This document shows, in pieces, positions 9,610-17,873 of a stretch of DNA of 64,000 bases. The notes below the pieces were generated by a model that saw only the letters and a list, made by a program, of their open reading frames with translations, was not told the origin of the DNA and searched no databases. The stretch covers positions 175,206-239,205 of the forward strand of contig JADJOF010000007.1 in NCBI GenBank assembly GCA_016713885.1. The letters are read 5' to 3'. Made by a program: the position numbers and the translations under genes. Position 1 is the first letter of the stretch; each line of letters starts with the position of its first letter. The DNA comes from Bdellovibrionales bacterium. GTDB lineage: Bacteria; Bdellovibrionota; Bdellovibrionia; Bdellovibrionales; JAMPXM01.

Positions 9610-10839
9610 ATGCTCAAACGCCTTGATTCGATCAGCCTCACCGCCTGGATATTCATCTGCCTCGGTCTTGGACTCGCCCTTGGCGTTTACTTTCCCGACG
9701 CCGCCCATGCCGTAAAACCATTTCGAAGTCTTTTTTTGCACGGCGTGAAGTGCATTATTGCACCACTGATTTTTGCATCGATTGTCAGCGGCATCAACTC
9801 ATCCGGCAGCACCAAGGGGCTTGGACGCCTCGGCTTTCGGTCTATCATTTGGTTTGAGATTGCAACGACCATGGCACTGGTGGTCGGTCTATTTTTTGTC
9901 AACTGGCTCCGCCCAGGGGATGGACTTTCAATTGGTACAACCATCGACCCCGTCGTCGCACAGGCCGCTCAGAACAAGATGACGGCCGCAGGTTTTATCG
10001 AGCACCTCTTACCAACCAATTTCGCAGAAGCGGTAGTGAAGGGCGACGTTCTGCAGATCGTTCTCTTCTCTGTAATCTTTGGTATCGCGGTGCTCATGGC
10101 AGGCCCAAAGGGCAAACCCATTGCTCATTTTTGCGAAGCGCTGAATCAGGTCATGTTTAAGTTCACTGAACTGATCATGAAGCTCGCACCAATCGGTGTC
10201 GGCGCTGCGATGGCCGGATCAATCGCCGAACACGGGCTTAGCGTTTTAGTGCCGATGGCCAAAATGGTCGGTACGCTCTACCTCGCACTGGCCGTCTTTG
10301 TTATTGTAGTTCTGATTCCTGGCCTTATCTGGGCAAAAGTAAAACTGCGACCATTTATTCTGGAGCTTCAGCCGAGTCTCGCTCTTGCTTTCGCAACGAC
10401 GTCGAGTGAATCAGCCTATCCCGGTGCCCTGCAAGCTCTCGAGAAAATGGGCGTATCGAATCGGATCGCAAGTTTTGTGCTGCCACTGGGCTACAGCTTT
10501 AATCTTGATGGCTCAACACTCTATCTCGCCATCGCCTCTGTGTTTATCGCGCAAGCGGCCCATATCGAACTCACGCTTCAGACCCAGCTCGCCATGATGC
10601 TCGCTCTCATGCTCACCACAAAAGGCGTTGCTGCTGTTCCGCGTGCCTCAATGGTCGTGCTCTCGGCAACACTCACAGCGTTTGGCCTACCGCTTGAGGG
10701 TGTCGTGCTTATTATGGGGGTCGATGAATTCATGGATATGGCACGAACATCCGTGAATCTTTTTGGCAACTGTGTCGCCACCACTGTTGTTTCGCGCTGG
10801 GAAGACGAGAAGCTTTCACGTGACTATCAGAATCATTAA
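9610..10839 (+). CDS. Dicarboxylate/amino acid:cation symporter (DAACS, GltP/DctA-like)
   Basis: Polytopic membrane protein. Family motifs FATTSSESAYPG and SFNLDGSTLY. The ATG at 9610 (MLKRLD) is preferred over the TTG at 9550. Confidence 0.85.
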   Translation: MLKRLDSISLTAWIFICLGLGLALGVYFPDAAHAVKPFRSLFLHGVKCIIAPLIFASIVSGINSSGSTKGLGRLGFRSIIWFEIATTMALVVGLFFVNWLRPGDGLSIGTTIDPVVAQAAQNKMTAAGFIEHLLPTNFAEAVVKGDVLQIVLFSVIFGIAVLMAGPKGKPIAHFCEALNQVMFKFTELIMKLAPIGVGAAMAGSIAEHGLSVLVPMAKMVGTLYLALAVFVIVVLIPGLIWAKVKLRPFILELQPSLALAFATTSSESAYPGALQALEKMGVSNRIASFVLPLGYSFNLDGSTLYLAIASVFIAQAAHIELTLQTQLAMMLALMLTTKGVAAVPRASMVVLSATLTAFGLPLEGVVLIMGVDEFMDMARTSVNLFGNCVATTVVSRWEDEKLSRDYQNH

Positions 10840-10958
10840 AGCGGCCCTCCCCGTCGCGATGCAAGCTACTCCCAAGCAGCGCAACCACACCGAGATCTCG
10901 CTATCAAAAAGCTAAAACGGGCTTGCCTGCGGCACCTAAACTGGATCAGCTTATACCC

Positions 10959-11348
10959 ATGGCGAATATTACAGTTTACGAGTACAGCGGCTGCAGTACG
11001 TGCAAAAAAGCATTGCGCTTTCTTGAGTCCAACAAAATGAAATTCGAACGGATCGCGATCGTCGACTCCCCGCCCTCGATCGCGGAACTCAAAACCATGC
11101 TCGAACTCATCAAGGCGGATGGCGGCAACATAAAGAACCTCTTCAATACCTCAGGAGTGCAATACCGCGAGCTGCAAATCTCCGACAAAATCAAAGACGG
11201 CCTCACCGAAGCCGACGCCATGAAGCTTCTTGCTCAAAATGGAAAGCTCATAAAACGCCCATTTTTATTGATCGATCAGAACGGAGAAAAATCCGGCACC
11301 GTCGGCTACGACGAGAAGCGCTGGAGTTCTCTTCTACTCTCCCGTTAA
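10959..11348 (+). CDS. ArsC/Spx/MgsR-family (YffB-like) thioredoxin-fold protein
   Basis: MANITVYEYSGCSTCKKALRFLESN.., later KRPFLLID. The ATG at 10959 is preferred over the upstream start. Confidence 0.7.
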   Translation: MANITVYEYSGCSTCKKALRFLESNKMKFERIAIVDSPPSIAELKTMLELIKADGGNIKNLFNTSGVQYRELQISDKIKDGLTEADAMKLLAQNGKLIKRPFLLIDQNGEKSGTVGYDEKRWSSLLLSR

Positions 11349-11354
11349 ACAGTT

Positions 11355-12632
11355 CTAAGCGGGCGGCTGACGAAGCGGCAAACTCAATAGAAACTGCGTG
11401 TGTGCCGCTTTTATTTGGTAGGCCAATGTTCCGTGGTGCGCTTCAGCGATACCCTTTGAAATACTCAGTCCTAAGCCGGTACCGCGTCCAACCTCTTTTG
11501 TCGTATAGAACGGCTGCATCATCTTATCAACAATAGTCGGCTCAATACCAGATCCTGAATCGACAACCGAAATCACCGCGTTCGCCGATTGTCGATACAC
11601 CGAAACCTCAATCCACTTTTCGTTGCGATTTTCGATGGCGTCATAGTTATTGTTAATAAGATTGACGAGGACCTGCTCGACCTCTGCTGAGCGGCACTCA
11701 AGCAAAAGGTCGTCAATAATCGAAACGCGCAGGTCAATCGAACGCTGGAAAAAACGCTCTCGACTTAACTCAACGACGTCTTCGACGATGCTACGGATAC
11801 TGACGATCTCCATTGGATCGCGTGACGAGTCTCGTGAAAAGGCTTTTAATCCTTTGATGATTCGCGCAATGCGATCTGTGGTGACCTGCATTCTGTACAG
11901 ATCACTTTTCAGACGTTCGGTTTCCACTGGGCCTGCTTCAAGTAGCGTCAAAAGGTGGTCGGCCCGACCTCGAATGATCGCGAGTGGATTATTGATCTCG
12001 TGAGCAACACCGCTGGCCATTTCTCCCAGTGCAGCCATCTTCGCAGCTGCGCTTGCCGACTGTCTTTGTGCCACAAGAATCTTCTCAGTCTCAATGCGAG
12101 CACGATCAAATGAGATCCCTATGCCGTAGGCAAAGCACGCTCCAACAGAGTAAACCAACGTTTTGTAGAATGTGTACTTGCTCGAGTCTACAAGCGGTAC
12201 GATCGCATCGTATTCCTCTGCGACTAAAAGCATGACCATTCCAAAAACCGTCAGTATGACTCCAGTACGCCCGCCGAATCGACCAAGCGACAGGTATCCC
12301 ACGAGCGGCAAAAGCACAAACGCCGCCGAGACTGGAGCTCGCAGACCCCCATTGTTAATTCCACTATTGACTGCAAGCGCAAAAATAGCGGCGAGCAACA
12401 GAAGACCACAAGCGCGCGTGCTCGCACTTTTTCGAATCAAGAAAAAATTGAAAATAAGCAGAAATGCGCTGATGAGATTGGGAATATACATTGCGGGCGT
12501 CATCGGAGAGATGAGTGCCCGCGGAACCATTGCTCCAACAGCCAACAACCCGAGCCACAAGGACACCTTTCCGGTCATGGACCTTCGAAATCGCCCCTCA
12601 GTCCACTCATCATTCTGCTGCATGCTCGGCAT
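11355..12632 (-). CDS. Membrane-bound sensor histidine kinase (no cognate response regulator adjacent)
   Basis: 425 aa. Multi-TM N-terminus. H-box SGVAHEINNPLAII. ATPase boxes NLINNNYDAI, DSGSGI and GTGLGLSIS. Confidence 0.8.
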   Translation of the reverse strand: MPSMQQNDEWTEGRFRRSMTGKVSLWLGLLAVGAMVPRALISPMTPAMYIPNLISAFLLIFNFFLIRKSASTRACGLLLLAAIFALAVNSGINNGGLRAPVSAAFVLLPLVGYLSLGRFGGRTGVILTVFGMVMLLVAEEYDAIVPLVDSSKYTFYKTLVYSVGACFAYGIGISFDRARIETEKILVAQRQSASAAAKMAALGEMASGVAHEINNPLAIIRGRADHLLTLLEAGPVETERLKSDLYRMQVTTDRIARIIKGLKAFSRDSSRDPMEIVSIRSIVEDVVELSRERFFQRSIDLRVSIIDDLLLECRSAEVEQVLVNLINNNYDAIENRNEKWIEVSVYRQSANAVISVVDSGSGIEPTIVDKMMQPFYTTKEVGRGTGLGLSISKGIAEAHHGTLAYQIKAAHTQFLLSLPLRQPPA

Positions 12633-12726
12633 ACTCTGATTTTAAGCAGCAGATACTCATTTGGTGTTTTACTTTCGGCCCGTTCTCGACCCTGGTCTTG
12701 CTTAATTTTAAGTGAAGCATGCAAGC

Positions 12727-14108
12727 TTAAACCGGAAAACCGAGCAGTAAGCTAAAGAGTCGCCAATTCAAGAGATACTCGCCGGGCAACGATCGTTCGA
12801 AAATACGAATGGCTGACCAATACAGTATAAATAAACCAATTCGTGCGAAGCGCAGGCGAAGAGGTGGCCTCACCTCAATGGTCTCCGACACACGCGCCCA
12901 CATAGATGGATAGAGGGCAATGGCAAGCAGAACCGCATAGGTGAGATAACAAACAAATCCTGTGCCATTCCGAAGGAGCAGCTCTTTGGGCTGCTTCCAC
13001 TCTCCACGAAACCACTCATAGCCAGTCGTCAAAAGTGAATTAAAAAGTCCTACAGATAAAAACAGCGCAAGAAAGACCCTGACCTTCTGACTTCGAAAAC
13101 GAAGCGAGATAAAGACAGGCCAAAAAACAACTCCAAATATGACATCATTAAAGTAAAAGAGACTTCTCTGAAAAAAGTCGAACATCGACGTCGCAGCAAA
13201 TGGTCGCCAGGTGTGGCGAAACAAATCAAGTCCCGCAAGGCGCAAAATGCCGACTGCCATCGCGCCCCATACCCAAGCGCGGAAAAAAAATCGAACCAAT
13301 CCAAAAGTACATAGCGCCAAGCCATCGCAATCGAAAATGGGGACTCCGCCTTCAGAAGCTTTAAGAGCTCTAGTATTGGAGAAACCGTTTGTGTCATCTC
13401 TTCCCTTGAGAACAAAGATGCACTCGTTCTTTGAGCAAGAACAACGACTGCTGTCCCCAACAACAGTTTCAAACCCTTTCTTTGCACACGAACCACTTCG
13501 TCAAGCACTCGAGCCTCTCGACTCTCCCAGCGAGCCAGAGCGCCAAACGGATGCTTGATTCCCAACGTCCATCCTTGACAGACAGAAGCCAACACTGACC
13601 AAAAAGACCTTTCAGATTGTGGAAGCGTAATGAGCGTCAGCAGCGCGCACGGGCCAAGCCAAACAAGCGCCCGGAGCGGCCAAGCAATCAAACGCGCATT
13701 CGTCGCATCCTCTATTGAGCTGGCTCCAACAAGACCGAGGCCAACAAGTACGACAAAGGCGCCGACAAGATAAATAAAATGCCGATTGCGTCCATTCTGA
13801 CCAAAGTATCTTACAGCGAGTGTCAATAAAACGGCCTCAACCACGATCAGACCTGATATCAGTACGCACTGAAAAAATGGTATATTCGGCAGCTTCCCCG
13901 TCAGCATAATATCCGGGAATGCGATCGACAAATTGAGGCGCATAAAGAAACTGGCAAGACCGGTGACAAATAGCACTTGGAACTTTGCCTTTGGCCACAG
14001 CAAAATGCCGCCGATCAGAAGCGGCAACAGAGGCCAATCCGACCGACTCATGTAAAAGCAAAGCGGCATAGCGACCGCAGAGCAGACGAACCACCAACGG
14101 AATCTCAT
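12727..14108 (-). pseudogene. MBOAT-like (AlgI/DltB-like) polytopic membrane protein, reading frame broken at an 8-nt homopolymer
   Basis: Two overlapping ORFs (13050-14294 and 12727-13320). Joining them at the A8 run 13283-13290 gives ..WRYVLLDWFDFFFRAWVWGAMAVGILRLAGLDLFRHTWRPFAATSMFDFFQRSL, which fits the MBOAT core pattern. The ATG at 14108 overlaps the upstream stop (ATGA). Confidence 0.45.
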
Positions 14109-15373
14109 GACGGAAAGATCCATAGAGCAAACACGCCAAAAAGAAGCAGCATTAAGGTGTGCGTCGCAACAATTGGCTCCCACCGCTGCCCCTCGGATCT
14201 GAAAAACGGCACTCGGTAGGTTAAAACAATTGCAGCAAGCAGCAGCGACCAAAGAATCAGACCCGTCGCAAACGATGAGAAAATCGACTCCCAAGCAAAC
14301 GGATCCGGCCGTGCCGAAAGCTCCAAAAAGCTGCGATAGATTGGGAATAGCAGCGTATAGATGATCGCGATAACCACGGGACTCCGTGTGAACCTTAAGA
14401 GATTAAAATAAACAAACCGAATCGAAAACTTGTAGGCATGAACATTCTCTCGTTTGAAAAAATCGAGCGGTGAAGATGCCAACCACAAATGATTGCTACA
14501 GTCCGGAATATTTAAAAAGTAAAGACGCCCAAGGCCCGTGATGAAGTTGGCGACGGCCGGTGCGATCAACAGATAGACCGCATACAAGCCCGAAGCTCGA
14601 ACAATACCCAATCCGCTCTCTGGAGACTGCGCCACGCTCAGGGAGAAGATAGTGGCGGCCACTGCCACGAGGAGAAAGCCTTTTACAATCTGAACAAGCC
14701 CACTACACCACACTCGGCTATCATCACGTTGGTAGAGGTTCTCTCCCTCCGGCAACGGGAACACCACCGGTACCGCCAAGTGAGCGGGGCTAAATACGAA
14801 CCGAAGCCGCTCGTCTACTCCCTTTAGAAACGAAGTCATCGCTAACCCGATCATGCCAACCGCGTAGTAGTTAAACTTCATGTAGGTCAGCCACGAGGAA
14901 TGAGGCACGGCACGAATCGTAACGATCACAATCGCAATAACGATCGCGAAATAGCAGAGTGCCCTTCGCCCCGAAGGGCGGTTCGGGCCTAAAAATACAA
15001 ACGTCACAATCCCCACAAGCGGAAACAGCAACAAAAGAGGAAGCGGCGGCCATTGCCCATAGTGAACGACCGCTAGGAAAACCCAACCAGAAACAGAAAT
15101 CAAAACCGAATAATACGCCCGTAGCCGCGGTTTAAGAAACAGCGCAACAGACGACAGCGCAACCAAGAAAACAAGCAACTGCAGCACTGCCACAATGCTG
15201 GGGTAATGCAGAATACTCATTTTGATCATATAAAAGACCGGTGTCATGAAAGCGAACACAGGCAGGAGCAGTATCAGAATCAATAACTGGAGCGGACGCC
15301 CACGAGCACTGAGCCAGTCTACAGCCTGTTCTTCGCGCCTATTCAAAAAGGCTTCACATTGCTCGGGTCTCAT
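14105..15373 (-). CDS. MBOAT-like polytopic membrane protein (paralogue of the downstream gene)
   Basis: 422 aa, more than 8 TM helices. Motif LASSPLDFFKRENVHAYKF resembles the MBOAT P..A.S..DFW.RW.H region with the His retained. Confidence 0.4.
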   Translation of the reverse strand: MRPEQCEAFLNRREEQAVDWLSARGRPLQLLILILLLPVFAFMTPVFYMIKMSILHYPSIVAVLQLLVFLVALSSVALFLKPRLRAYYSVLISVSGWVFLAVVHYGQWPPLPLLLLFPLVGIVTFVFLGPNRPSGRRALCYFAIVIAIVIVTIRAVPHSSWLTYMKFNYYAVGMIGLAMTSFLKGVDERLRFVFSPAHLAVPVVFPLPEGENLYQRDDSRVWCSGLVQIVKGFLLVAVAATIFSLSVAQSPESGLGIVRASGLYAVYLLIAPAVANFITGLGRLYFLNIPDCSNHLWLASSPLDFFKRENVHAYKFSIRFVYFNLLRFTRSPVVIAIIYTLLFPIYRSFLELSARPDPFAWESIFSSFATGLILWSLLLAAIVLTYRVPFFRSEGQRWEPIVATHTLMLLLFGVFALWIFPS

Positions 15374-16188
15374 ACCGACCGCGCGAAAAGTTGCTTCGTT
15401 GCCGACCAGATTGACTGTGCCGGAGTTCCGTCCTTCACTCGGTACTTCTCCAACTCATGAAATGGCACCGATGGATGGTCGTGATGAACGCCATGGAGAT
15501 GCGTCGAGCACGGTAAGAAAATCTCCATCACTAACGGATGACCCGAAATATTGCGCGAGTTTGCCGGCGACTCGAGCCCGTAGACCAAGCCGTGCTGAAG
15601 CGCACTGACAAAGTAGTAGTACGGAATCATCAACAGCAGCGGCAGAAACCAAATGCAGAGAAGCCAAACTCCACCCATTGTGAAGAGCAGCGCGACCAAC
15701 GACAAAACCGCAACTGTGTACTCGAGGTAGTCTCCCGTCCTCCAAGACTCACGAGTCGTCGAGCGCAAGAACTGATTGGCCGGAGTAAAGTATCGCAAAA
15801 AATCCATCAATAAATTGCCACTCAAGAAACTAACAAAAAGCCGCCGAATGAATTTTGTAAAACTCAAAGGATAAAAATTGTAGAGCTTCAAATCCGGATC
15901 GACGGGCCCACCCAAAAAACGGTGGTGTGCAATGTGATTGGTCTGATAGGCATAAAAAGAAACTGCAACCGGGTACAGACAAAGATACTTTGCAACAAGA
16001 CGATTCGCTCGCACATTCCGGCAGATTGCACCATGCAGACCATCGTGTCCGACAAGGTAGTTTGCAAATTGCCGATTCGAGATCACAAAAAACGTCAGTA
16101 AAAAAGCAGCTGGGTGCTGATACGTAATTCCGATGCTGAGAAGAATGATCACCCAATTCATCGCAAGATAGGCGACCGTTTTATTCAT
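15370..16188 (-). CDS. Membrane fatty-acid desaturase-family protein
   Basis: 272 aa. Three histidine boxes: HDGLHG, HIAHHRF and HGVHHDHP. 4-nt overlap with the downstream MBOAT-like gene. Confidence 0.8.
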   Translation of the reverse strand: MNKTVAYLAMNWVIILLSIGITYQHPAAFLLTFFVISNRQFANYLVGHDGLHGAICRNVRANRLVAKYLCLYPVAVSFYAYQTNHIAHHRFLGGPVDPDLKLYNFYPLSFTKFIRRLFVSFLSGNLLMDFLRYFTPANQFLRSTTRESWRTGDYLEYTVAVLSLVALLFTMGGVWLLCIWFLPLLLMIPYYYFVSALQHGLVYGLESPANSRNISGHPLVMEIFLPCSTHLHGVHHDHPSVPFHELEKYRVKDGTPAQSIWSATKQLFARSV

Positions 16189-16189
16189 C

Positions 16190-17577
16190 GCTTATCACCA
16201 AGCGGACTCCGGTAGCGTAAGAAAAAGTGTGTCCAAGCGGCTGCGTCAGGCTGACCAGCGAAAGGACATGAGCTATGAATTTCCAGATGGGAATCATCAA
16301 AGTTGAGATCAAGATTCCAGAGCTTGTTCAAGCGCTGGAGAGCTTCAAGGAGAATCGCGTCCACGCGCTTGAAGTATTGAGCCACGAAATCCGCAACGGT
16401 GTTGGTGACTTCGTGAACGCGCTTCTGCAAACCGAGATGGATTTATATCTTGGGCAAGCTGAACAATCCGCCAACAAAAGAAATGGCATCCGGGAACGAG
16501 AATACGCGATCAAGGGCGTGGGCCTTATTCGCATCAGAATGCCGACAGATCGGAAAAGATCGTTTCAGAGCGTGGTCGTGCCGCCTCACGAGCAAATCGA
16601 TCCACGGCTCAAAGAGGACATCGCAGTGCTTCATCTCGCGGGTCTTTCGAACCGGGTCATGGCTATGGTATCGAAGCGGATACTCGGAGTTGAGGTGTCG
16701 ACAGACACAGTCACGAAGTCACTCGACGTCATCGAAGATCGCGCGCTCGAGTGGCTTGAACGGCCTCTTGAGAAGAAGTACTGGGCTCTGTTCATCGATG
16801 GCACCAACTTCCGAATCCAGCGGAGAGGCTCGACTGAAAAGGAGCCATCGCTCGTCGTACTTGGCATCGATGCCGAGAGCCGTATGAGCATTTTAACGAT
16901 TCAACCCGGCCAAAAAGACAACGCCGAGTCTTGGCGCGAGGCCTTCAAGGATCTTATTAAGCGCGGACTTGATCCTGACGCGGTTCAGATCGGCGTGATG
17001 GATGGCCTTCCTGGTCTCGAAAACGCATTCAGAGAATCGTTCACAAAAGCAGTCACCGGAAGATGCTGGGTCCACTCGCTCAGGAATGCGATGGCGAAAG
17101 TTCCTGAGCGCCTCCGTGAGCCATTTAAAAAGCTCGCCCATCAAGTCATGTATGCCAACAGCGAAGCCTCGGCCAGAGCGGCGTTTGGAGCGCTAAAGGC
17201 AGAAATGAAAACTGACGCTGAGAGATCGGTTCGGGTTATCGAAAAAGATCTCGACTCACTTCTCGTTCACTACAAGTTCGAAAAGCGGTTCTGGCGAACT
17301 CTGCGAACGACGAACCCAATCGAGCGCGTGAACAAGGAGCTTAAGCGTCCAACAAAATCCATGGAGACACTGGGAGAAAGAACGCTCGAGGTGTTGGTTG
17401 CGTTCACCGCGATGAGGCTCGAGTACCACTGGATCAGGGTTCCGGTTGACTCTAGCCATCTTGAGAAGCTAGGAAGCTCGAAACGAAACAAGATTGAAGA
17501 AACTGTTCTGCAACTGATCCATTAATCAACCAGACACACAAAATCTAACGCTACCCGGACTCCCTTTGACCTTTATC
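16190..17577 (+). mobile_element. IS256-family insertion sequence (about 1.36-1.39 kb; ends approximate)
   Basis: Inverted repeats: GGACTCCGGTAGCGTAAGAAAAAGTGTGT at 16204-16232, versus the reverse complement of 17534-17563, GGAGTCCGGGTAGCGTTAGATTTTGTGTGT. The outer right end reads GATAAAGG.., like the IS256 termini. No target duplication was found. Confidence 0.7.
16275..17525 (+). CDS. IS256-family (Mutator-type) transposase
   Basis: 416 aa. LFIDGTNFRIQRRG, CWVHSLRNAMAKVP and LRTTNPIERVNKELKR are family-typical motifs. Confidence 0.9.
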   Translation: MNFQMGIIKVEIKIPELVQALESFKENRVHALEVLSHEIRNGVGDFVNALLQTEMDLYLGQAEQSANKRNGIREREYAIKGVGLIRIRMPTDRKRSFQSVVVPPHEQIDPRLKEDIAVLHLAGLSNRVMAMVSKRILGVEVSTDTVTKSLDVIEDRALEWLERPLEKKYWALFIDGTNFRIQRRGSTEKEPSLVVLGIDAESRMSILTIQPGQKDNAESWREAFKDLIKRGLDPDAVQIGVMDGLPGLENAFRESFTKAVTGRCWVHSLRNAMAKVPERLREPFKKLAHQVMYANSEASARAAFGALKAEMKTDAERSVRVIEKDLDSLLVHYKFEKRFWRTLRTTNPIERVNKELKRPTKSMETLGERTLEVLVAFTAMRLEYHWIRVPVDSSHLEKLGSSKRNKIEETVLQLIH

Positions 17578-17810
17578 TCCAGGAGTTTTGAAATTTCACG
17601 AATAGAACGGAATGTGTCGTAGCTGATATCTCGATTAGGAACCTCGAGGCCAAGACGCTTCTCAATGCCAATGATGAACTGTACGGTCGTCAGTGAATCC
17701 AGGATCCCAAGCTCATAAAGGTTGTCATCAAGGCCCACCGGCGCCTTCGAATAGGAATTGGCACTGACGTCTTTCAGAACGGCTCGAACATCCTTCTCGA
17801 GATCCACCAT
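17526..17810 (-). CDS. Acyl/peptidyl carrier protein (ACP/DltC-like); 3' end replaced by IS256 sequence
   Basis: 94 aa. Phosphopantetheine-attachment motif LGILDSLTTVQFI. The last 12-15 codons (..KGSPGSVRFCVSG*) are encoded by the IS256 right inverted repeat. Confidence 0.65.
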   Translation of the reverse strand: MVDLEKDVRAVLKDVSANSYSKAPVGLDDNLYELGILDSLTTVQFIIGIEKRLGLEVPNRDISYDTFRSIREISKLLEIKVKGSPGSVRFCVSG

Positions 17811-17873
17811 AAGTCTACTGTAGCAGACGAAAACTGAATTTCTACGACTCCAATACCAGACTTATGCGGCGCA

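Noticed and set aside
13050-14294. 414-aa ORF as a single intact gene overlapping both neighbours
   Set aside because: The first 57-62 codons overlap the upstream gene; the ATGA-coupled ATG at 14108 is the likelier start. The last 80 codons or so are out-of-frame read-through beyond the A8 frame break.
16182-17585. An 8-bp target-site duplication for IS256
   Set aside because: No pair of flanking octamers matched for any plausible end definition (CTTATC versus TTTATC is the best partial match). This is reported as absent or uncertain, not asserted.
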